Below are positions 30,590-40,193 of a DNA stretch of 64,000 bases, in pieces. The position numbers and the translations under genes were made by a program. Location of the stretch: NCBI GenBank assembly GCA_964459155.1, contig CAYWKF010000013.1, forward strand, positions 8,491 to 72,490. The letters run 5' to 3'. Each line of letters begins with the position of its first letter. The stretch's first letter is position 1. Below the pieces are notes generated by a model. The model was given only the letters and a program-made list of their open reading frames with translations. It did not search any database and had not been told where the DNA came from. The stretch is from an uncultured Desulfobacterales bacterium (GTDB lineage: Bacteria; Desulfobacterota; Dissulfuribacteria; Dissulfuribacterales; JALVPX01).

Positions 30590-31588
30590 ATGTCTTCTGT
30601 AAAACTGCTTGATCAGCATGGGCGCACCCTTACTTATCTGCGCATTTCACTCACCGACAGATGCAATCTGAGATGTACCTACTGCACACCCCAGCAAAAC
30701 TTCACATATCTGCATCCCAGGGAGATACTGACTTATGAGGAGCTGCTTCGCATATGCCAGTTGCTGGCAGAGATGGGACTCAAAAAGATTAGATGTACAG
30801 GCGGAGAACCTCTAGTGCGGCAGGGTATAGTTCCTTTTCTCGAACAATTGGGTGCAATTCACGGCATAGAGGAGGTGTGCCTTACAACGAATGGCGTACT
30901 GCTTGAAGAATATGCCAAAAGGTTGAAGGATGCCGGTGTTCGTCACATCAACGTCAGCCTTGACACATTGAGGCCCGAACGTTTCAAATCTATTACAGGA
31001 AGGGATTGCTTTTACAGAGTATGGGCTGGCATAATGGCTCTTTTAGACTTAGGTTTTGATAAAGTCAAGATAAACAGTGTTGTTGCCAGGGGCATGAATG
31101 ACGACGAGATATCGGATATTGCCAGCTTGGCGTTGCAATATCCAATCGAAGTAAGATTCATAGAATTCATGCCTGTGGGACATAACAGATGGGGCCAACA
31201 ACTTGTTATGGAGGTCGCAGACATGCGGTCCATAGTGGAAAGCGCCTTGGGCCAGCTTAAGCCAGTTCCATCAGACAAAAACGCTGGGCCTGCAAAGTTA
31301 TTCGAGTTTGAAGGTGCAAAGGGGAAAGTGGGGTTTATAAGCCCGCTGAGCCAACATTTTTGCAGCAGTTGCAACCGTATCCGATTGACATCGGACGGTC
31401 GTCTTAGATTGTGTCTCTTTTCTGATTTGGAGTACGATTTAAAGGGAGTTATGCGAAGTGGTGCAACGGACCAAGCCTTAATGCGCTTTTTTATCCAGGC
31501 AATCCAGAGGAAACCAGAAGATTACAACAAGGGAACGGAGACTGGATCTCCATCCTGTACCAGGGCTATGGGTACCATTGGAGGATGA
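30590..31588 (+). CDS. moaA: GTP 3',8-cyclase MoaA (radical SAM)
   Basis: CNLRCTYC radical-SAM motif, second C-terminal Cys cluster (CSSCNRIRLTSDG) and a terminal GG. Confidence 0.9.
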   Translation: MSSVKLLDQHGRTLTYLRISLTDRCNLRCTYCTPQQNFTYLHPREILTYEELLRICQLLAEMGLKKIRCTGGEPLVRQGIVPFLEQLGAIHGIEEVCLTTNGVLLEEYAKRLKDAGVRHINVSLDTLRPERFKSITGRDCFYRVWAGIMALLDLGFDKVKINSVVARGMNDDEISDIASLALQYPIEVRFIEFMPVGHNRWGQQLVMEVADMRSIVESALGQLKPVPSDKNAGPAKLFEFEGAKGKVGFISPLSQHFCSSCNRIRLTSDGRLRLCLFSDLEYDLKGVMRSGATDQALMRFFIQAIQRKPEDYNKGTETGSPSCTRAMGTIGG

Positions 31589-31591
31589 AAA

Positions 31592-32041
31592 ATGATTATC
31601 GAAGACTTGCTTTATACAGAAGATCATTTATGGGTACGGAAAGAAGAGGGTTCGGACCAGGTAACCATTGGTCTCAGTGACTATGGTCAGGAGAGGCTTG
31701 GGGAAATCATTTCTGTAGACCTTTTGTCAGAAGGGGAGGAGGTTTCAAGAGATGATGAACTAGCCACAATCGGCACTGCATCTGATGAAGTGGTTGTCTA
31801 TTCTCCGGTCACTGGAAAAATTATAGAGATAAACAGCTCAGTGGTGGAATCCCCTTCCATAATAAACGAAGATCCCTATGAAGATGGCTGGCTCCTAAAA
31901 ATGGAGCTTGTGGCTCCCAAGGAACTGGATGATCTCATGGATGCAGACGAATATGAGGAGTATGTGGAACAGGCTCGCATACATGACGAAGAGGAAGCCC
32001 TGTTTGAGGAAGAGCTGAGCGAAGAAGAGATGGAGGAATAG
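31592..32041 (+). CDS. GcvH-like (H-protein fold) protein lacking the lipoyl-lysine, with an acidic C-terminal tail
   Basis: Aligns by eye with GcvH (EDHLWV..., VTIGLSDYGQERLGEI, SPVTGKIIEIN, DPYEDGWLLK). The ESVKAASD lipoylation motif is instead ATIGTASD, with no Lys. The tail is EE/DE-rich. Confidence 0.75.
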   Translation: MIIEDLLYTEDHLWVRKEEGSDQVTIGLSDYGQERLGEIISVDLLSEGEEVSRDDELATIGTASDEVVVYSPVTGKIIEINSSVVESPSIINEDPYEDGWLLKMELVAPKELDDLMDADEYEEYVEQARIHDEEEALFEEELSEEEMEE

Positions 32042-32043
32042 CA

Positions 32044-32991
32044 GTGAAGAAGGCCTTTGTCTTTCCTGGCCAGGGCTCTCAATATGTTGGCATGGGGCTG
32101 GAGCTGGCTGAAAAGTTTTCTTCTGTCATGGATCTTTTCAAAAAGGCGGAGGATGCCACAGGCATAGATGTGCGCAGACTTTGCTTTGAAGGCCCCATGG
32201 AAGAGCTGACCAAGACATCCAATCTCCAAGTGTGTTTGAGCGTGGTGGACATGGGAAGCGCCCTTGCCTTAGAGGAATCTGACCTATATCCAGACTGTAC
32301 TGCCGGACACAGCCTGGGCGAATATCCTGCCTTATGGGCTGCGGGCGTGCTATCCACAAAATCGACCTTGGAACTAGTAAAAGAGCGAGGAAGGCTCATG
32401 GAGGGCGCTGGCGCGTCAAAGCCCGGGGCAATGGCAGCCATTCTAGGTATGAAAAAAGAAGAACTTCAAGAGTTGATTGCTCCCCTGTCACAGAAGGGCG
32501 TGCTGGCTCTGGCAAATCACAATTCGCCAGAACAAATAGTAGCCACAGGAGAAAAGCACCTTGTAAAGGAATTGTGTCAAGCAGTGAAAAAATCAGGGAA
32601 AAAGGCCATTCCCTTAAAGGTGGCGGGCGCCTATCACAGTCCTCTCATGGAGGAGCCTGCTCTTGAATTTGCAGAAAAGCTGAGATCAGTGGAATTTAAT
32701 AGGCCGCATATTCCGTTGTATAGCAACGTCTCCGGAAAGGCAGAAACGGATCCCGAGCGAATCAGGAATCTCATGGTTCGTCAAATGACAGAACCTGTAC
32801 GCTGGGTAGAAATCGTTGACAATATGATATCGGATGGGGTTCAAGCATTTGTAGAGACTGGCCCCAAAAAAGTGCTTTCAAATTTGATCAAGAAGTGCAT
32901 GGGAACAGCCGAAGAAGAGGGCAGAGTCATTTGCCATGTTCAGGATGATGAATCTTTGGAAAAGTGTTTGGAGACCATTAAGAATGTATAG
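32044..32991 (+). CDS. fabD: malonyl-CoA:ACP transacylase
   Basis: FVFPGQGSQYVGMG and GHSLGEY active-site motifs. GTG start follows GGAGGAA. Confidence 0.9.
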   Translation: MKKAFVFPGQGSQYVGMGLELAEKFSSVMDLFKKAEDATGIDVRRLCFEGPMEELTKTSNLQVCLSVVDMGSALALEESDLYPDCTAGHSLGEYPALWAAGVLSTKSTLELVKERGRLMEGAGASKPGAMAAILGMKKEELQELIAPLSQKGVLALANHNSPEQIVATGEKHLVKELCQAVKKSGKKAIPLKVAGAYHSPLMEEPALEFAEKLRSVEFNRPHIPLYSNVSGKAETDPERIRNLMVRQMTEPVRWVEIVDNMISDGVQAFVETGPKKVLSNLIKKCMGTAEEEGRVICHVQDDESLEKCLETIKNV

Positions 32992-33226
32992 CTGTGGAAA
33001 CGACAACCTCAACAATGAAAACAATTTGAGATGTAAGACGTGCGGGGATGTGTTAAGCATCTTCCGCACGTGAAGAAGGGTTATCCTGCGGTGCGCAGGA
33101 TGCGGCAAGAACTTTTCTGTTCAAGACTATTGGAGCGAACTATCGCCATCAATAGAAGAGCTGCTTGGTGGCATCAGATGTGACAGATTTTAATGCGGGC
33201 TGCCCCGGTTAAACCTGTCTCATTTT

Positions 33227-34039
33227 CTACTCTCCTCCCTGATACTGCCTAATCATCTCCAAAAAAGGATTGGTTGCTGGAGCCGAAGGAGCGGCCTGCC
33301 CGGTGCTGCCACTGGTTTTTGCAGGCTTTTTAATCTTCGGGCCGCCAATGTTTGGAGGAAGCGGTGGAGGAGCTGCTTTTTCTGCACTAGATTTGGGCGG
33401 CTCTCTTTTGCCTCCTACTGGCACACTTATTCCTGGAGGCTTTGTCTGGCCGCCTTTTTTTGACCTCGTCTGGACCGCACGTGCATCCTTTTTATGTGCT
33501 GGTCTGGCTGTCTTGACCGCAACAGGAGCGGAGATCTGTGGAGATTTCAACTGAGGCGTCTGCAAGGCCACTGGTGCCCTTGCCTGCCTTTCCTTTTTTT
33601 CTGAGTCAAAGAGTCCCAAAACCGCCTGTTTGCCGTCTGCCTGTAGGACGACCCCTTTTTCTGTTATCTCCTTGACTTCCCAGCCATCGATCATGTCACC
33701 TACCACTACGGACCTCATTTCACTGGCCGTTTTTCCACGCCTATTCCTGGCCATGGGGCTACCAGAGGAGACCTCCTTAATAAAGGCCTTGCCCTGACCA
33801 CCCATGATGATGGTACCATATACCTGGTAGCGTCCTTCAATGTCGCTTTCCGGAGAGGCGTCAAAAGAGGCTCCTGAACCTTGTTTCCGCCCACGGTCAG
33901 GATCAAAGGGATCTTTGGCCACTATGGATGAGTAAGGGCCAAGATTGGCCTGCCTGGCCCAAGAGATCGTGCTACCACACAAGATCAAAAGTACGAGGCC
34001 GGTGCAAAGCCAAAAGCAACGCCTTGGATCAATCTTCAT
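33227..34039 (-). CDS. GspC/PilP-like secretin-interacting protein with a Pro/Lys-rich tail (no PDZ)
   Basis: N-terminal TM anchor and a small beta domain (YQVYGTIIMGGQGKAFIKE...VVGDMIDGWEVKEITEKGVVLQ) resembling the GspC HR / PilP fold. Low-complexity P/K/A C-terminus. Last gene of the T2SS operon, overlapping gspD by 11 nt. Confidence 0.5.
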   Translation of the reverse strand: MKIDPRRCFWLCTGLVLLILCGSTISWARQANLGPYSSIVAKDPFDPDRGRKQGSGASFDASPESDIEGRYQVYGTIIMGGQGKAFIKEVSSGSPMARNRRGKTASEMRSVVVGDMIDGWEVKEITEKGVVLQADGKQAVLGLFDSEKKERQARAPVALQTPQLKSPQISAPVAVKTARPAHKKDARAVQTRSKKGGQTKPPGISVPVGGKREPPKSSAEKAAPPPLPPNIGGPKIKKPAKTSGSTGQAAPSAPATNPFLEMIRQYQGGE

Positions 34040-36182
34040 AACTCTCTACTCCTTCGGTCCACCATTCGTCGTCAAAGGACTCATGTTCTTCTATTTTATC
34101 TTTTTTCCCTGTCTCTGACCGCGGTTTCCCTATTTTCTGCTCAGCCTCTATTTCATCTAACGACTTAGTGGTACCCAAGGCCTTCTGCCTTATCACCTCT
34201 TTACGGCTTGAGAATTCCTTACGTAGCTTGAGCTGCTCTTTGAGTCCCTTCACCTTTTCTGCAAACTCACGTGTAAGGAAGTCTGCCTCTGCACGGGTCT
34301 GTATCACGTGGGGCGTTATCACAAAGAGCAGTTCCGTCTTCTCATTGGTGATTTCAGTGGTGCTAAACAGGTTCCCAACAGCAGGGATATCTTTCAAGAG
34401 CGGGATACCAGACTTGGTCTTGTCGCGCTTGTTCTTGATGAGACCGCCAAGAACAATGGTTTGGCCATCCTTGGCAACCAAGGAGGTAGTAGCCTTCCTC
34501 GTACTGAAAATAGGTGAACTTATTCCCTGAACAGTGTTTTTGCTCCGCTGGCTGACTTCCTGGGTCACGTCAAGCCTCACAAGGCCGCTGTCATTTATCC
34601 GCGGCTTTACTTTTAAAAGAATACCTGTCTTTCTATACTGGATGTTTTCAGTGACATTTCCTCCTGTAGTGGTGGTTGTTCCAGTTTTGGTGGGAACGTC
34701 TTCACCCACCTCAATAGTGGATTCATGATTATCCACTGCCAATATATTTGGAGCAGACAAGACATTTATATTGGTATCTTCTGCAAGGGCGCTTACAAGT
34801 GCTCGCAAGCCGCCAGAGCTGTCAAAAAGGCTAAAGGAAAACCCCTTGGGGAAATTGCCCAGCCCTGCGTTGTCTGCCGTATTTTTAGCACCTTCAAAGA
34901 CTATATTTGAATGATAGCTGCCATGATGCCCTATCTTCTTTTGTTTAAAGAGCCACTCTACTCCATACTCCAGGTTCTTATTCAAAGTGACTTCGAAGAT
35001 AAGCACATCAATCAAGACCTGCCTGGGCACTATGTCGATCTTTTTGAGAACACTCGCAATTGTCTCGTAATCCTTGGGAGTGGCCTTTATGACTATGGCA
35101 TTGTTGATTTCGTCTGGAATAATCTCCACCTCGCCTGAGAGTTCGCCTGTAACTGCCTGCTTCGCCTGCTTCGTCCTCTTCACCAACACCCTTTTGGTGG
35201 ACCTGGTGTTCTTTTTGCCGCCATACAGCTGTTTCAAAATGTCTGCAATCTCTTTTGCAGAGCCATTTTGCACAAAATAGACATTTACTTTTGCTCCTTT
35301 CTCTGACTGCCCCTGGTCCAGTTCCTTTATCCAAAAATCCATGGTTTTCAGTATGTTGGGCCACCTTGTTAGAACAAGGATGGCGTTCATGGTCTTGAGC
35401 GGAATGAGTTCCAGACCTCCCTGATCAAGGCCTGGCCGGTTGTAAAGCCCCTGGGACTTGAAAATCTTTTCTAAATCCCTGTGCAAATCAACAGCTTCGA
35501 TATGCTCTAGGGAGAAAAGTTTCCAATGCACATCTTTGAAGCAATCTGCATCCATCAATTTGAGTATCTTTGCAGCCTTACGCAGATTTTCTTGGGTATC
35601 CACAATTATCAAGGAGTTAGTAGTGGGAACAGGAACCACCAAGGCGCCCGGTGAAAGGAAGGTTCTTATACTCACTGATGTCGTCTGGGCAGAAATGTAG
35701 GTGAGCTGAAAGGCCTGAATCATGTCACCTGGCCTTAATGCCCGCCTTCCCGCCTTTCCAATCTGGGTCCCTGCCTTGGCGCTGTTTGCCTTCCTCACCA
35801 CCTTATATAGGCCGTTGTCTCCGGTTGTTATGGCCAATCCGTGAATCTGCAAAATGGAATTGAAGAGATTCAGAAGCTCGCTCTTTGTATAACTGCCATT
35901 TATCCTGACAGAGATGGTCCCTTTGATGGCTGGATCAACCACGTAGCTCAGCTGAAGCATTTCTCCCAATATGTGATCGAGCACTGGGTAGATGTCCATA
36001 TTGTCTAAAGTAATATTGATCTGCCTCTTGGTATCAGGGGGAACCCCTTTGTAGGGAGACGCTTCGCTGCTGCTTTTAGCACCATTTGGACCTGCCAGCA
36101 CGTGTTCCCATGCTGTGAATGTTGCTGCCAGTGCAAAACACAAAATTGCTATTGAAAGCCTTGATAACAGGCGATCCTTCAT
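34029..36182 (-). CDS. gspD: type II secretion system secretin GspD
   Basis: 717 aa with a signal peptide, N0-N3-type repeats and a C-terminal secretin domain (IPLLKDIPAVGNLF...LLFVITPHVI). Confidence 0.9.
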   Translation of the reverse strand: MKDRLLSRLSIAILCFALAATFTAWEHVLAGPNGAKSSSEASPYKGVPPDTKRQINITLDNMDIYPVLDHILGEMLQLSYVVDPAIKGTISVRINGSYTKSELLNLFNSILQIHGLAITTGDNGLYKVVRKANSAKAGTQIGKAGRRALRPGDMIQAFQLTYISAQTTSVSIRTFLSPGALVVPVPTTNSLIIVDTQENLRKAAKILKLMDADCFKDVHWKLFSLEHIEAVDLHRDLEKIFKSQGLYNRPGLDQGGLELIPLKTMNAILVLTRWPNILKTMDFWIKELDQGQSEKGAKVNVYFVQNGSAKEIADILKQLYGGKKNTRSTKRVLVKRTKQAKQAVTGELSGEVEIIPDEINNAIVIKATPKDYETIASVLKKIDIVPRQVLIDVLIFEVTLNKNLEYGVEWLFKQKKIGHHGSYHSNIVFEGAKNTADNAGLGNFPKGFSFSLFDSSGGLRALVSALAEDTNINVLSAPNILAVDNHESTIEVGEDVPTKTGTTTTTGGNVTENIQYRKTGILLKVKPRINDSGLVRLDVTQEVSQRSKNTVQGISSPIFSTRKATTSLVAKDGQTIVLGGLIKNKRDKTKSGIPLLKDIPAVGNLFSTTEITNEKTELLFVITPHVIQTRAEADFLTREFAEKVKGLKEQLKLRKEFSSRKEVIRQKALGTTKSLDEIEAEQKIGKPRSETGKKDKIEEHESFDDEWWTEGVESYED

Positions 36183-36739
36183 GACGACTTGACTCCTTCC
36201 ATATAAAGGGCCTCTACATCCATCCTAACCCTGATGTGGGGGTTCCTTCCCCTTACAGTGACTATATTAATGGACCCTATTCTTATGGCCTTTTGTGTAT
36301 CCTCCAGGCTTTTGAGGTATTGAACCAGCTTATTTGTATCTGATTTTACAGTCAAATTTACCACTGCCAATGTATAATTCCGCCACTTTTTCCTGGAAGA
36401 TGTCTTATAAGTCACAACTTCCAGGCCTGCATCTGCGGCTTTTTTGAGCAACATGTCTTGCAAGTTTGAGGTTACAATTTGGTGGTTTGCTCCAGGAACC
36501 AGCTGACGTTTCCTGCGCTCAAGGCCTTTACGGGCGTCTGCAAGCCTTTTGTCCAAGTTCTTTGTCCTTCTAAGGGTGCTCGTAAGGCGCTTCAGCCTAT
36601 TTTCCAGGCGTTGGGCCTTGATTCTGTTTTCTTCTATGCCATTCATCATGGGTTGGAACAAGAAGCCATACCAGATGATCACCAATATCATGAGAAGGCC
36701 ATATTTGAGCAGCGGATTGGCTTGAAACAACCTCTTCAT
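36179..36739 (-). CDS. gspM: GspM/PilO-like inner-membrane T2SS component
   Basis: 186 aa. Single N-terminal TM helix, a coiled coil and a ferredoxin-like C-domain. Operon position between the gspL-like gene and gspD. Confidence 0.6.
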   Translation of the reverse strand: MKRLFQANPLLKYGLLMILVIIWYGFLFQPMMNGIEENRIKAQRLENRLKRLTSTLRRTKNLDKRLADARKGLERRKRQLVPGANHQIVTSNLQDMLLKKAADAGLEVVTYKTSSRKKWRNYTLAVVNLTVKSDTNKLVQYLKSLEDTQKAIRIGSINIVTVRGRNPHIRVRMDVEALYMEGVKSS

Positions 36740-38094
36740 TTCTTTGCCTTCTTCCTGGTTTTAATCGTTATTTCCACTGTAAAACGCTCGTTTTGGTCAC
36801 GGTCTTTGGTAACCGGCGAAACAAGCCTGACATCTGAAAAAATTGGCACCCTTCTCCAACTGGCCATGGTGTCTATGGCAGACTTACCCTGGGCTGTGAC
36901 CCGAAGCCTGTTGTTCCTCAAATTGAGACTCTTTATATAACAGTCAGCAGGAGTTTTTTCAGCCAAAGCTTTCAAAACCTGCAGAACCGAAGGAGATTCA
37001 CTAAGAAAATCATCGAAATCTGCTGAGGTCTCCTGCAAAGCCTGCAGCCTTTGTTCTTTTTCCTTGAAAGGAGCAAGCTGTTGTTCCACTTTCTCCAGTT
37101 GTTGATTCAATTTTTTTACCTTTGCAGAAAGGGCAGAATATTGAAGGCCATAATAGCCTGTTGCTAATGCAAGGATTAGGCCAGTAAAAACCGCCGCAAT
37201 GGGGAATGGCTTGATTTTTAACTTTACAGGCCTCTTCCTCAACCTGCCGTACAAAGACAATGGCAGGTAGGGACTCATGCCAGCAGCGGCTGTGCACAAT
37301 GCCCAATTGGGCATCCTTTCCTTTGGACAGAGCGACCTTATTTCCTTAGAAAGGTCACATGGGGATTCCGCAAAATTGCCATTGAATATGTGGAGCCTCT
37401 TGCCTGCCATGTACATTGGCAGGTGCAGTATCTTAGAAAAAGGCTCTGGCAGTGTACGGCCAAGTTTCTGAAGCGCTGATTCCGCACCTTCATTCTCTTC
37501 CAGTGGAAGAAAGTGGGAGCCTTCCCAGTTCTCAGCGCCATGCAGAGATAGAATCCACTTTTCACCCTGCTGTCCTAAAGACAGGGCAGGAAGGTCAAGT
37601 TTGGCCCGCCTCAGCAGGATATCAAGGCCCAATTCAGGGACTATAACTGCCCTAAGCTGTTTCAAGTGACCTGTCTCCCTGAATACATCCAACAGGTGTT
37701 CAATATTTTTTCTGGCAGTATAGGCCAACAAAACTACTGTCTGAGTATTGCGGTGGAATGCGAACTGATCAAAAAAAATCTCATCTGGCGGAAGGTGGCT
37801 GTGAAGAGTGATGCCAAGTTTTACTGCGTTTTCCGCCTCGTCTACAGAAAGGCCGTCAAACACTATTTCCCTCAAAAAGACTTGAGAACGGGGGATCCCC
37901 AGGATAAAGCAAAATCTTTTGGAGGGCCTGAGCAGACTGAGGGCGCTTTTGAGCTGCTCGTGGGCAGGACCTGAAAACGAGCCAGAGGGCCATGGCGGAT
38001 CCGAGGTCTTCCAGCCTGCCAAACCCTTGGTGAGGCAGTGAAACTCTACGCTATGCCCGGCTGCATAAATTCCTATGATTTCTTTTCTGCCCAT
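36736..38094 (-). CDS. gspL: GspL-like T2SS component (PilM-like cytoplasmic domain, TM helix, PilN-like periplasmic domain)
   Basis: 452 aa with one central TM helix (FPIAAVFTGLILALATGYYGL) followed by a coiled coil. Operon position. Confidence 0.6.
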   Translation of the reverse strand: MGRKEIIGIYAAGHSVEFHCLTKGLAGWKTSDPPWPSGSFSGPAHEQLKSALSLLRPSKRFCFILGIPRSQVFLREIVFDGLSVDEAENAVKLGITLHSHLPPDEIFFDQFAFHRNTQTVVLLAYTARKNIEHLLDVFRETGHLKQLRAVIVPELGLDILLRRAKLDLPALSLGQQGEKWILSLHGAENWEGSHFLPLEENEGAESALQKLGRTLPEPFSKILHLPMYMAGKRLHIFNGNFAESPCDLSKEIRSLCPKERMPNWALCTAAAGMSPYLPLSLYGRLRKRPVKLKIKPFPIAAVFTGLILALATGYYGLQYSALSAKVKKLNQQLEKVEQQLAPFKEKEQRLQALQETSADFDDFLSESPSVLQVLKALAEKTPADCYIKSLNLRNNRLRVTAQGKSAIDTMASWRRVPIFSDVRLVSPVTKDRDQNERFTVEITIKTRKKAKK

Positions 38095-38984
38095 GCCCGA
38101 TCTCGTCCTTTGTCAAATGTAAAACCTGTAATCCAGTGCAGAAGCTTGTAAGGGGGATTACCCTCCTGCGGCTCCCAGAAAATGATCATCTTCTCAGAGC
38201 CGACAGACACAGTCAGCCTGATTTTTTGGGGCTGCTGCTCCTTGTCACTCAACGATTCTGTTAATGTCTCCTGAATTGGCAATGGTGCATAGATCTTTAG
38301 CACGTTTTTTGAGCTGCTGTAAACTGTAAAAAGATCTATGAAGCCGCCTTCCCAAATTTTATTGATATCTTCGTCTCCTTCCTCCTGTGAAACGTAGGCT
38401 ATAGGCCCCCAAAAGATTCCTGAGTCTATCCCATTCACCAGAAGCAGTTCCTCAAGAAAGCGGAACGGACCGTTGGCCGGCATATATGGCGGACTTTTGT
38501 CCTCATATAGCGCATCTTCTGCTCCATTCAGTCGTACTAGCTTGTCAGAATCGCGCCAGTCGAGAATCGAATCGGTGATTGTATCAGCCTTTATCACATC
38601 TTCCTCTGGAAACAATGACCTGACCAGCTCCCTGATCTGGTTTTCATCTGCATTGTTGAGGTCGAGCTTGCCGCTTTCCTCTTCCAGGGAAAAGGTTACA
38701 TTCCTGCCGCCGATCTCCATCTTATATTTCCGGCCATCCACCACGAGCATTCCTTTTTCGAGAATCTCGTTTTCATCTGTGACAGGTGAAGCCAAACGTT
38801 CTGGCAGGAGCATCATCAATGAATGAACAGCAAGGCGTGACTGCAAATCGTTCCATGCACGCATACCCAGATTTCTGGTGATCCGGGCCTCCACTGCAAA
38901 AAAACCACCAACAATGGTCAATACCGCCAGCACCCAAAGCACCATCACCATTACACTTCCCCGTTCGGTCGCAATGAGTGTCAT
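38073..38984 (-). CDS. gspK: GspK-like minor pseudopilin
   Basis: Hydrophobic N-terminus ERGSVMVMVLWVLAVLTIVG and GspK-like length. ATG at 38984 forms an ATGA overlap with the gspJ stop. The ORF opens at 39038. Confidence 0.65.
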   Translation of the reverse strand: MTLIATERGSVMVMVLWVLAVLTIVGGFFAVEARITRNLGMRAWNDLQSRLAVHSLMMLLPERLASPVTDENEILEKGMLVVDGRKYKMEIGGRNVTFSLEEESGKLDLNNADENQIRELVRSLFPEEDVIKADTITDSILDWRDSDKLVRLNGAEDALYEDKSPPYMPANGPFRFLEELLLVNGIDSGIFWGPIAYVSQEEGDEDINKIWEGGFIDLFTVYSSSKNVLKIYAPLPIQETLTESLSDKEQQPQKIRLTVSVGSEKMIIFWEPQEGNPPYKLLHWITGFTFDKGRDRAWAEKKS

Positions 38985-39772
38985 GGGGCGACTCCTGTCA
39001 AAACGGATGGGAAAGGATTGGCGTAAATTGTAGTCCACTGAAATTCTTCCTTGGAACCAGGGCCTTCCAGCCTCGACCAGCCAATTCCTATGGCCTCGGG
39101 AACCGCCTTGGCTTCCTTGAACTCTTTGTCCCAGGAAGCGGGATCCGTTCCCATGTCTTCTCCTTCTAGGTCCTTGAAAGAAAAAGACACACCAGCAACA
39201 CCCTCAACCACATTTACCAGCCAGCCGTCATCAGTGATCCATTCGTTGCCGCCTTCGCCGTGGCTATCAGGTGGATCTGCCTCGTAATCATCTTTGCTGG
39301 TAACGATTTTTTGTGCGTACAGGAGCCTTTCCCTATCTGGATCAAATATGTAGGCCACTTTGAAAAGGCCACCTGTGGCAGACCCCATGGGGACATGGGT
39401 GGTGAAAAATACGAGGCTGTGCTCCGTACCTTCAAAGCCGTCTATTCCATGAGGAATGATATTCGAAACTATGGTTGGACCTCCGAATGGTCCTGCCTTT
39501 CCCCTTTTCTTTGGCATAAAGAGCATAAAAGAGGCCCTTAACTGCCTGGTTAGGAGCCCCTCTACGGCCGTTTGGGCCACCAGGTGTCTGTTACGCTCTT
39601 TGCTCCTGCTCCAGGACTGGAACCCAGTCCTAAGCACCATGCCAAGGACCAGCACAACCATTGCTGTCAATGTAATGGCAATGAGGAGTTCCAAAAGAGT
39701 AAAACCTTTTGGGCCAGCTAGGCTGGATGCGCCATGCCTCCCTTTTCTGACAGAAAGTTTGTAGAGATTCAT
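38981..39772 (-). CDS. gspJ: GspJ-like minor pseudopilin
   Basis: Prepilin-type N-terminus GPKGFTLLELLIAITL. Confidence 0.7.
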   Translation of the reverse strand: MNLYKLSVRKGRHGASSLAGPKGFTLLELLIAITLTAMVVLVLGMVLRTGFQSWSRSKERNRHLVAQTAVEGLLTRQLRASFMLFMPKKRGKAGPFGGPTIVSNIIPHGIDGFEGTEHSLVFFTTHVPMGSATGGLFKVAYIFDPDRERLLYAQKIVTSKDDYEADPPDSHGEGGNEWITDDGWLVNVVEGVAGVSFSFKDLEGEDMGTDPASWDKEFKEAKAVPEAIGIGWSRLEGPGSKEEFQWTTIYANPFPSVLTGVAP

Positions 39773-40188
39773 TGCGCTTTTCTCACCAGAAAGGATGTAC
39801 GAAACTGAGGGCCTCTGCCTGGTGGGTAAATTGTCAAATTGACCTTCTGCAAGGCTTCGTCGTCAATAATTATTGGAGTCTGATCCTCTCCGTCAGCTCC
39901 GGAGATTGAAATCTGTACATCTTCCAGAACGATCTCATATCTCCATCCGGGATGACCCTCAAACTCACCAGCTCCTTCTTCCAAGGGCCTTTCGTCTGAG
40001 GAAAGCTCATGCAGCAACCCTTCTGCCAGCTGGGCCGCTTCTTTGGCCAGCACCCCACGCGCGGCCTGGCGATGGCCCATAGCAAAACCTGAAAGGATAA
40101 CCCCAATAGATATGCCGACCAGTGCAACTGCCACCAGGACCTCCATGAGGGTGAAACCCTTGCTGCATGAACAGAAACGGGCTGACAT
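39769..40188 (-). CDS. gspI: GspI-like minor pseudopilin
   Basis: Prepilin-type N-terminus SKGFTLMEVLVAVALVGI; 139 aa. Confidence 0.7.
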   Translation of the reverse strand: MSARFCSCSKGFTLMEVLVAVALVGISIGVILSGFAMGHRQAARGVLAKEAAQLAEGLLHELSSDERPLEEGAGEFEGHPGWRYEIVLEDVQISISGADGEDQTPIIIDDEALQKVNLTIYPPGRGPQFRTSFLVRKAQ

Positions 40189-40193
40189 GACTG

